DNA from: Chiloscyllium plagiosum
Lineage: Eukaryota
Direction of reading: 5' to 3'
NCBI RefSeq assembly: GCF_004010195.1
Contig: NC_057719.1
Span: 2,822,068 to 2,882,344 of the forward strand
DNA: 60,277 bases
Shown: one piece after another, positions 50,768 to 60,277 of the stretch
Layout of the letters: each line of letters begins with the position of its first letter
Numbering within the stretch: position 1 is the first letter of the stretch
Program-made: the position numbers and the translations under genes
The notes under the pieces: generated by a model
Seen by the model: only the letters and a program-made list of their open reading frames with translations
Told to the model about the DNA's origin: nothing
Database searches by the model: none

Positions 50768-51502
50768 TGTTACGAAGGTGTAAGGGGTACTGTATCTTTC
50801 AGAGAGTTGAAAGCTAGCAATGACTTAGAGAGGCAGAAAGAGTCTGGAATAAGCTAACAATGTAACGCTTGGTCAGAACAGCTAGCACTGGCTGGGTTGC
50901 TATGAAACAAAAACAAATTCAGATTTGACCAGTTTGAATTATGCCCCAAGATACCAAACTCCAAACAGGTTTGAATTTGGTATTTTGACAATATTAAAAC
51001 CAATGAAACAACCTAATGTTTTGGGGGATAATTATCAGACAGTTTGAACAGTTGTCAGAATGGCAAACAGAACTGCCAAAAGACCAACATATGTAGGCTG
51101 CTAGTAAGAACTCTCTGAGAGATGCCTGCCTGGAGGAGGAGTTTGCACAGAAAAAAACATCGACACCGACCTGGAGAGCAAATCCACAGAGAAAGATACA
51201 AAGAGAATATTTGACAGCTTTGAAATTTGAATTTTTCAGCAAATCGTAATCGGGGGTATAATGGGCCCAGTATTGTAGAGGGGAAGGTAAAAGATAGATT
51301 TAGATAAATGGATTGCAGGTAATTGTCAGCTAATATTCTCTGTTAGGCTTTAGAAAAAGTGGTCAATTTTTTACTTTAAATAGTGCCTTTTGGAATAGTT
51401 TTTTGCCTCTCAAATGTTCACAGATTACAGCACAGGGTAAATCTTTTCAGTGTTGCTGGCTTAATTTCGTGGATGGGGGTGGGTTTACCTTGTGTTGTAA
51501 CA
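50768..51502 (+). repeat. 5' LTR
   Basis: TGTTACG...TGTAACA termini, followed by a degenerate tRNA-Pro-like PBS (TTTGGGGACTTTCATCTGAGAT). Confidence 0.92.
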
Positions 51503-53457
51503 GTTTGGGGACTTTCATCTGAGATTTAACAGGTTTAGACAGATTTGAATAGATTTGGGGTACAAAATAGCCCAACAGATTTAAACACTTGCAGGTAGGT
51601 GTCCTAGATATTTAAATAAAAGGTAGGTGAGACAAATTGTTTAATTTCAGTGATTTGTGGTTGATTAAATTACAAGTGAAAGAAATGGTTCTTAAAATTG
51701 CTAGAGGTTCAGGGATTTGAAGATGATACTCAAATTTGCTAAGAAAGTTTAGAAGGAAGGTAAAATGACATACTTTTAGAATTAGCAAAAAAGTTGGATT
51801 TGGGTTTAACCAAGGACAAAAGTAAAGCTGAATTGTAAGGGAGTTACTCAAACACTTGGGTGGGTTAGAGAAACAGACAAGTGCAGTGAACATAGAAAAA
51901 CTTAAATTACAATTGAGTAAGATCGAGTTAGAAGTTAAACAAAGAGAGAGAGCGAGAGAAAGTAGAGAGAGAGCGAGAGAGAGCGGCACACACACAGTCT
52001 CTGCTGAGCAAAGAAAGAGGAAGGGGGGGGGAAGAGAGAGAGAGACAATTTGAACTTGAGAAGATGCGACTTAGTCAGAAAAGTCAAGTTAACAGGATGG
52101 AGATTCAAAGAGAATGTAGTGATATATACAAATATGTCAAAACTCTGCTACATTTTGATGAGAAAGATGTTGAAGCCTTTATTTCATTTGAAAAATTGGC
52201 TAGGCAGATGGAGTGGTCCGAGAATTTATGGGTAATGCTAGTTTAGACTAAACTGGTAGGCAGACCTAGAGAGGTATTTGCCATGCTGTCTGATGAGGGG
52301 TCAAGAGATTATGAAGAGGTTAAACAATCTATTTTAAGTGCTTATGAATTGGTGCCAGAAGCATATAGAAAGCAGTTCAGAAACAAAGAAGGAACCAGGT
52401 CAGAATTAAGTATAATTCAAAAGAATTCAACAGAGTCACGTTGATAGACGGATGTGTGCTTTAAAAATAGATAGGACCTTTGAGGCTCTAACAGAGATTA
52501 TGCTGCTGGAGGAGTTTAAAACCTGACCTCCAGAGATGCTAAGAATTCACATGGAAGAATAAAAAAGTTCAGGAAGTGAGAAGGGCAGTAGAACTAGCAG
52601 ATGAATAAATGTTGGTGCATAACACAAGCTTCTGGCCAGAATTTCGTCCTGTGAGGGATAGAAGTTTGTCGAAGGGGAGATCCTACACTACAAAAGAAAG
52701 AACACTGGTTAAAATTTACCACAGGTTAAAAAAGCCCAAGAGTGTGGAAAGGAGGTGAAAGGCCTCGGATATTTCCACTGTGATAAAGTTGGACATGTAT
52801 AGTCAGTGCTGGTTGTAAAGAAAGGCACTGTGGGAAAAGATATGGTATAAGAAGCTAAGCCAATGGCATTAGTGAAGGTAGTAAAGGAAACCCCTAGAAG
52901 AGCTAAGGAGCTGTAGGACAATGTACAGCCTAGCAGGAGCTGGGTATGGAGTTAGTACCTAATCTTTACAAAGAATTTGACTCTGGGTAAAGCTTACTCA
53001 GAAAGAACAGGGGGAGAAGGACGTAAGTTATCATTTTGAGAGACACAGGATCTAACCAGTCACTGTGAGAGAGGAGTGAAAATGCACTCCTTTTGATCTG
53101 TTACCTGAGAATGTGTAATTTATGGGATATAGGACAGAAATTTCATGTTCCCCAATGTAAGATCAGGTTGGAGTGCCAATTCAACACTAGGAAAGTTACA
53201 GTGGGAATGATTGACAGAATGTCAGTCCTAGGAATTCAGTTTGTTCTTTGGAATGATTTGGCAGAATCCAAGGTAGGAGTGACACCCCTTGTTGTGGAGA
53301 AGCCCAAGAAACTGAGGACTTAAAACAGAAATATCCTGGTATTTTCACAGACTGTGGAGTAATCAGATCTCACTATCGTAAGTGACAACACAACGCAAAA
53401 ACTGAAGAGAAAGATGAAGGAGTTGAGGTTCAATTAGCAGACATTCTGTTTCACATT

Positions 53458-54873
53458 ATGGTGCAGGAAAAACCTGAACGGGCAGAGGGTCAGACCAAAC
53501 TCTCAGACGGAAAGGACTTGCAACAGCAAGACAAAATGATAAAAGATATACATGTGGATGCGTACTCTGAAAAGGAGGCAGGGAATATTCCAGGAGGTTA
53601 TTATCTGAAAGATAGGATCCTAAGACAGAGGTACAGACCACAGCAGGTTAGTGCAGAGAAGAAATGGGCCGAAATTCACCAGATTGTGTTGCTGGTAGCA
53701 TACAGACAGGATGTGTTGCAGGCAGCACATGAACTACCTGTAGGAGGTCACCTCGGGGTACGAAAGGCTCAGGCTAAGGTACAAAAACATTTTTATTGGC
53801 CTGGAATGCAGAAGGATTTGGTTAACTTTTGCCGTGCGTGTCATACATGTCAAATGGTAGGTAAGCCACAGGCGGTAATAAGACCAGCCCCTTTGTTGCC
53901 AATTCCTCCATCTGAAGAACCTTTCACGCGGGTTATAATTGATTGTGTAGGTCTCCTCCCGAGAACTAAAAGTGGGAACCTGTACTTGTTAACCATAATG
54001 GAAGCATCCTCCAAATGACCATAACGGAGTATCAGGTCAAAAAGGGTGGTAAAAGACTTAGTAGCTTTCTTCACACAGTCTGGGCTACCCAGAGAGATTC
54101 AGTCCTACCGAGGGTCAAATTTTACTGCCACGCTATTTGAGGTGGTTTTGGATAGCTTAGATATACAGCACTTTAAATCCAGAGCATACCATCTTGAACC
54201 CCAGGGAGCTTAAGAAAGGTGGCATCAAACCTTGAAGACCATATTGAGAGCATACTATCAGGATTACCCGAATGATTGGGATAAAGGTATCCTATTCGTA
54301 TGGTTTGCCATTAGAGATGCCCCAAATGAATCTACTCAGTTCACTACCTTTGAGTTAATATTCGGGCACGAAGTGAGAGGCCCTTTGAAATTAATTAAAG
54401 AAAAATTATCAGGACCAAAATCAGAGATCTCACATTTAGATTATGGATCCAAGATGAGGGAGACATTAAATAGAGTAGGTGAGTTAGCTAAACAGCACCT
54501 AAAGGGGGAACAGTGTAGAATGAAGAATGTGGCAGATAAGCGCTCTGAGACTCGAACGTTTTCCCAAGGGGGTGACGTGTTAGACGTGTTAGTACTGTTA
54601 TCAGTGATAGGAGATCCCTTCAAAGCCAGGTTTAGAGGTCCCAATCAAATTGAGAAAAACTTCAGTCAGATGAATGATCTAGTAAAGATGCCAGATAGAA
54701 AAAAGTATCGGGCATGTCATGTAAAGATGTTGAATCTGTATTATACTACAGAGAAAGAACTGGAGAAACAGGTGTTAGTTACTGCCTGGCAGAGTGAGGA
54801 ATCAAATCCAGATGATGTAGATTTTGATGTGCCTCAAAATAGACTAAAAAATGATGAAGTCCTTGAGGAGTAG
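53458..54873 (+). pseudogene. Gypsy integrase (H2C2 zinc finger plus DDE core)
   Basis: AHELPVGGHLG..FYWPGM..CRACHTCQ; PFTRVIIDCVG; FELIFGHEVRGPL. Confidence 0.93.
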
Positions 54874-55213
54874 GAAAGGTTAGTAAACTATCTGTCTCAA
54901 GTGCACAGAACGCAGTTTAAAGGTTTGCAACTGCAATATAAGGACATATATAAGAATCAGATAAGGAGGACTAACGCTATTGTACACAAAGCAGACATTG
55001 TGAATACTGCTCTAATAAAACTACACCCCTTATTGGCTTAGTCCTTTCAAAGCCAGACAGGTCCAGATGGAGGTAGAGGCAATGCTCAACGAAGACATCA
55101 TCTAACCAAGGCAGAGTGGAGTTTGCCGATCATCTTTCTTCCCAAACCAGATGGGTCTCAATGATTTTGCGTGGACTACTGGAAGGTCAATGCCATTACA
55201 AAATCGGACTCAT

Positions 55214-55968
55214 TGTAAATATATGGTTTAGTTCGAGGCATTCAGAAGCCTTTAATGATATATTTGTTTCAGTTACTTATAATACAATGCTATACTTAAC
55301 CATTAACTAGCCCAGTGTGTAGTGTAACCCTTGTATGTACGAACAAACAGTGGAAAAGTACTGAGTACATCTGACTTGTAAAGATGTGCTGATGTGACCA
55401 CACGATAGAAAAAAAACGTTAACATAGATCAGAATGTGCGAGACTGATTCCCATATCTGGTAAAAGAACCTCATATACTAACGGCTTAATAAGAGCGGCC
55501 ACAGTTGCGGTCAGGGGAACGAGATAAACAGCAAGGATGTTACCGCCCTGTGCGTATAGATACGGGATGTGTGATGCTCTGTGGTTGCAAGAGGAGATCA
55601 CGTGGAGACTGTTTCGCGGGCAGGTCACATGGGGTCAGACATCAGAGAACGTGAGAAGGCGGAGAATGGAGTCAGATCAACAGCCAATCAGAAGACAATC
55701 CCACCTCAGTGATTACATGACGTTCTATACTATATAAAAGACTGGGTCAGGGACAGGAATAGGTCTGACTTCATGAACTGACACACTGCTGTTTGTCAGG
55801 GACGGGAATACCTAGACCCAGAGCTCTGTATACTTTATCCACTCACTGCTAAAATAAAGAAAGAATTTGAGACCGAATATCTTCTCCTATTGCTTCATTA
55901 AAAGAACACACAGGACTCGGCTCACACATAAGGGAAAGTAAGCTGGTAGATTGAGCTAGAGTCCAACA
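55214..55968 (+). mobile_element. Unrelated solo LTR inserted in the Gypsy RT
   Basis: TGT...AACA termini, TATATAAAA (55731), AATAAA (~55853). Splits the RT motif NAITKSDS/YPI. Confidence 0.85.
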
Positions 55969-57140
55969 ATATCCAATTCTGAGGACTTGGAGGACTGTAT
56001 CGAGGAAGTCGGACAAGTCAGTTATATCACCAAGTTGGACTTACCGCTTGGTTACTGGCAGGTACCTTTATCAGAGACGGCGAAAGAAATTTCTGTTTGT
56101 AACCCCAAATGGGCTATATCAATTTAAAGTGATGCCATTTGGAATGAAGAACACACCTGCCACATTCCAAAGACTCATGAACAGAGTTGTGGCTGGGTTA
56201 AGAAACTGTGCGGTGTATTTGGACAATGTCGTGATCTTTACTAAGTCCTGGAGAGATTAAATGGTACAGTTGGCAGAGCGCTTTGAATGACAACGAGAAG
56301 CAAAACTATAATAAACTTAAATAAAACTGATTTCTTGAAAGCAGATGTTCTTGGGACATAACATAGGTCATGGAAGGTTGACCCCACGGAACGCAAAGAT
56401 GAAGGCAATCGAGGAATTTCCATGACCAACCTCAAAGTAAGATGTGCTTCGATCCTTTGGACTCAGCAGATTTTATTGCAACCTTGTTCCAAACTTCAGC
56501 AGTGTAGTGGCACTGATAACTGATTTGCTGAAGAACATAAAGTCTCAGTGGCCAGAACAATGCCATTCGACGATTTTAAAGCAATATTAACTAACAAACC
56601 AGTTTTACTTACACCAAACTTTTCAAAACCTTTTAAAGTTGCTATCGATGATAGTGACATACGAGTTGGAGTTGTATTGCTTCAGGAAGATGAGAACAAG
56701 ATTGAACTGCCACTTGGATACTTTTTGAAGCAACTCAACATTCACCAGAGGGAATACTCCACGATCAAAAAAGAACTATTGAGGTTGGTACCGGCCATAC
56801 AACATTTTAACATATATGTCACGAACAATGTGTTGGAGACGATTATGTACACAGATCACAATCCTCTTACATTTTTAGAACACTTTAAAGACAAGAACTA
56901 GACTATTTCATTGGGAGTCTCACGTTATAAACTTTTAATTTAAATATCGTACATGTTGCGGGTTTTAAGAATGTAATTGCAGATGTATTATCGCGGATTT
57001 AACTGACAAAGTTTAGATGAGATTTGTATTTATCCAAAAGGTGAACTTATATAAAAGTTATCTGTATATTATGGTAATGTGCTTAAAGAATAGAAAAAAA
57101 TGAAGTCATTATGATGGTTCATTTTTTCTTAAGGGACAGG

Positions 57141-57642
57141 TGTTTTGAAGGTGCAAGAGGTACTATACCTTTAAGAGAGTTGAAAGCTTGCAAGGATTTA
57201 GAGAGGCAGAGAGAGTCTGGAACAAATTAACAATGCAGAGCTTGGTCAGAACAACTAGCGCTGGCAGGGTTGCTATTAGACAAAAACAAATTCAAATTTG
57301 GCCAGTTTGAATTATGCCCCAAGATACCAAACTCCAAACAAGTTTGAATTTGGTATTTTGACAATATTAAAACCAATGAAACAACCTAATGTTTTGGGGG
57401 ATAATTATCAGACAGTTTAAACAGTTGTCAGAGTGGCAAACAGAACTGCCAAAAGACCAACATATGTAGGATGCTAGTAAGAACTCTCTGAGCAATGCCT
57501 GTCTGGAGGAGGAGCTTGCACAGAAAAAAAACATTGACACCGACTTGGAATGCAAATCCAGAGGAGGATACAAAGAGAAGATTCAACAGCTGGCTAGTTT
57601 TGAAATTTCAATTTTTCAGTAAATCCCAATCGGGTTTTTATC
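57141..57642 (+). repeat. 3' LTR (truncated by a CR1 5' end)
   Basis: Preceded by PPT AAGGGACAGG; colinear with 50768-51255. Confidence 0.92.
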
Positions 57643-60277
57643 AGGCCAGAAAGAGCAGGAGCAGCAGGGGGAAGTGACGAAGACCAGAGGGGCAGCCGGG
57701 AAGGAAAGCAGTGAATATAAATACTCACCCTTCGACGCCAACAGTCTTTTTGAGTGCGAGCAGCAGCAGAGTGTAAAGGAACCCGGAAGGCTACAGCTAA
57801 GGTGAGACAGTTTGTTTTAAAATTACTTAGCTGTAGCGGGCAGCGGTGGTTTTTTTTTCTCTTCACAGAAAGAGCGGAAGCAGCAGGGGCAAGTGACGAA
57901 GACCAGAGGGGCAGCCGGGTAGGATTTTTCGCTATAAAAGCGCGGAGAAGAACCCGAGACACTACAAAGGTAGTGCCTCCCACCCTCCCTCCTCCTCTAA
58001 CCTAATAATAAGACCTGTTGTGGTAAGTAGGTAAGTGCTGCATTTTGCTTGTTCTATTCTTTAGACCCAGTTTTTTTAAAAAAAAGTTTACTTTTAGAGG
58101 GATGGCAGTGAAGGCAGTGCAATGTTCCTCTTGCAACATGTTTGAGGTGAGGGATGCCATGGACGTCCCTGCTGATTACACTTGCAGGAAGCGCACCCAT
58201 CTCCAGCTCCTCCAAGACCGTGTTAGGGAACTGGAGCTGGTGTTGGATGAACTTAGGATCATTCGGGAGGCAGAGGGGGTCATAGATCAGAGCTTTAGGG
58301 AAGTAGTAACTCCTAAGAATTCCTCTTTCTTTGGTTGTCTTTTGACCGTAGTGTTAATTTTTTTTTCTTAACGCTGGGTAGTTTGACAAGTCTCTTGCAT
58401 TTGGAATGGACACTTTACATATGCCTTTAAAATCTGAAAAGTTAGGGTCTAGGCTACCTTCTTAAAATATTTTGAGGAGGGTCTGGTCTGGCTCATAACA
58501 GATAACGAGGCCTGGTGTGTGGGGGTTGGGGTACGGACACTGGAGAGCTCAAGCCCTAAAGTTGTTGAATTCAATATTGAGTCCTGAGGGCTGAGGGTCT
58601 CCAAGCAAGAAATGAGGTACTGTTCTTCCGTCTTGTGCTGAGCTTCACTGGAGCAGTGCAGCAAGCCTGAGACAGATATATTGGCCAGGGAACAGGGTGG
58701 TGTGTTGAAGTGATTGGAAGGTCTGGGTCTTTTTTGCAGACAGAACAGAGGTGTTAAGGCCATAAGACACAGGTGTAGAAATTAGGCCATTCAGCCTATC
58801 GAGCCTGCTCTGCCATTCTAAATTGGCTGATTGGTTAATTTTTAACCACATTTTCCTGCTTTCTCCCCATGACCTCTGATTCCCTTGACAATCAAGAACT
58901 TGGGATGGGAACCCAGACTGTAGCTTTAGGGTGCAGGAACATGGCATCATTTTCAAAGGAGGGTGCCTGTAAACAACAGGAAAGTGGCTTGAAGTGTGTA
59001 TACTTCAATGCAAGAAGTATACGAAATAAGGTAGGTGAACTTGCAGCGTGGGTTGGTACCTGGGACTTCAATGTTGTGGCTATTACGGAGACATGGGTAG
59101 AACAGGGACAGGATTGGCTGTTGCAGATTCCAGGGTTTAAGTGTTTTAGTTGGTCAGAGGTGGGGGTAAAAGAGGGGGAGGTGTGGCATTGCTTGTCAAA
59201 GATCGTATTGCAGCGGTGGAAAGGGCGATGGAAGAAGACTCGCCATCTGAGGTAGTTTGGGCTGAGGTTAGGAACAGGAAAGGTGAGGAAACCCCGTTAG
59301 GAGTTTTTTTTACAGGCCTCCTAATAGTCCTAGAAACGTAGAAGAAAGGATTGCGAGGATGATTCAGGAGAAGAGTGAAAGTAATAGGGTGGTTGTTATG
59401 GGGGACTTTAACTTTCCAGCTATTGATTGGGAAAGCTATAGCTCAAGTTCGTTAGATGGGTTAGTGTTTGTCCAATGTGTGCAGGAGGGTTTCCTGACAC
59501 AATATGTAGATACGCCAACAAGAGGTGAGGCCATACTGGATTTGGTTCTGGGTAACGAACCAGGCCAGGTGTTAGAATTGGAAGTAGGTGAGCACTTTGG
59601 GAAAAGTGACCACAATTCGGTGACTTTTACTCTAGTGATGGAGAGGGATAAGTGTGCACTGCAGGGCAAGAGTTATAGTTGGGGGCAGGGAAATTATGAT
59701 GCGGTGAGGCATGACTTAGAATGGGTGGCTTGGAAAAGTAGGCTTCAAGGCAAGGGCGTAATTGATATGTGGAGCTTGTTCAAGGAGCAACTATTGAGTG
59801 TCCTTGAAAAGTATGTACCTGTCAGGCAGGGAGGAAAGGGTCGTGTGAGGGAGCCGTGGTTTAATAAGGAATTGGAATCCCTTGTTAAATGGAAGAGGGC
59901 GGCCGATGTAAAGATGAGGCGTGAAGGTTCAATTGGGGCGATTGAGAGTTATAAGGTAGCCAGGAAGGACCTGAAGAGAGAGCTAAGAGCAGCAAGGAGG
60001 GGACATGAAAGGATTCGGGAAAACCCTAAGGCTTTCTACAGGTATGTCAGAATGACTAGGGTAGGAATAGATCCAGTCAAGGATAGTAGTGGGAAGTTGC
60101 GTGTGGAGGCTGAAGAGATTGGGGAGACACTGAATGAATACTTTTCGTCAGTATTCACTCAGGAACAGGACATTGTTGCCGATGTGAATACTGAGTCACA
60201 ATTAAGTAGAATGAATGGCTTTGAGGTATGTAGGGAAGAGGTGTAGGAAATTCTGGAAAGGTTGAAAATAGATAAGT
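57643..60277 (+). mobile_element. CR1 LINE (5'UTR, ORF1 Zn-finger, APE endonuclease), running off the window end; ORF1 esterase region replaced by foreign DNA at 58318-58890
   Basis: MAVKAVQCSSCNMFEV..LQLLQDRVRELE; LKCVYFNARSIRNK; MGDFNFP..SDHN. 5'UTR has a ~45-bp duplication at 57660 and 57878. Confidence 0.92.
58505..58745 (-). mobile_element. PLE GIY-YIG C-terminal fragment
   Basis: NHFNTPPCSLANISVSGLLHCSSEAQHKTEEQYLISCLETL in minus ORF 58449-58763. Confidence 0.75.

Larger units (their letters stand above)
50768..57642 (+). mobile_element. Gmr1-like Ty3/Gypsy LTR retrotransposon (decayed; 3' LTR truncated)
   Basis: Two similar LTRs, gag (FDEKDVEAF..FEKLA..W), PR ILRDTGSNQS (~53032), integrase 53458-54873 upstream of RT (FKVMPFGMKNTPATFQR, YLDN) and RNase H (56548-57003). 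Confidence 0.95.

Noticed and set aside
421..60246. Listed ORFs as functional host genes
   Set aside because: Recognisable ORFs are broken TE fragments. The rest are antisense or alternate-frame shadows of them, or short ORFs without recognisable motifs.
59359..60246. Longest ORF (295 aa) as an active CR1 ORF2
   Set aside because: Frameshifts upstream (59150-59340), an in-frame stop at 60244-60246 and small deletions.

Overview
Vertebrate genomic DNA, most likely a shark (inferred from HE1-type V-SINEs, a Deu-domain SINE tail and dense CR1 LINEs). It consists almost entirely of nested, decayed transposable elements, and I can support no host protein-coding gene. Contents: (1) about 20 CR1 LINE copies or fragments, mostly on the + strand; (2) several Penelope-like element (PLE) families carrying minimal type-I hammerhead ribozyme (HHR) motifs, often as fold-back hairpins; (3) a Gmr1-like Gypsy element (PR-IN-RT-RH order) plus solo LTRs; (4) a decayed gamma/epsilon-like endogenous retrovirus with a putative 2H/CNPase-like phosphoesterase domain between protease and RT; (5) Tigger/pogo transposase relics, a MITE and SINEs. 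Most notable: a 1.66-kb PLE-bounded insertion (47203-48861, 11-bp TSD) that appears to have carried about 1 kb of unrelated genomic DNA; a TSD-flanked 216-bp perfect hairpin mini-element with HHR cores on both strands; a twin-priming-like PLE inversion; and CR1 5'UTR monomers that pair a splice-donor-like motif with a U1-snRNA-like sequence. Boundaries of old elements are approximate and read by eye.
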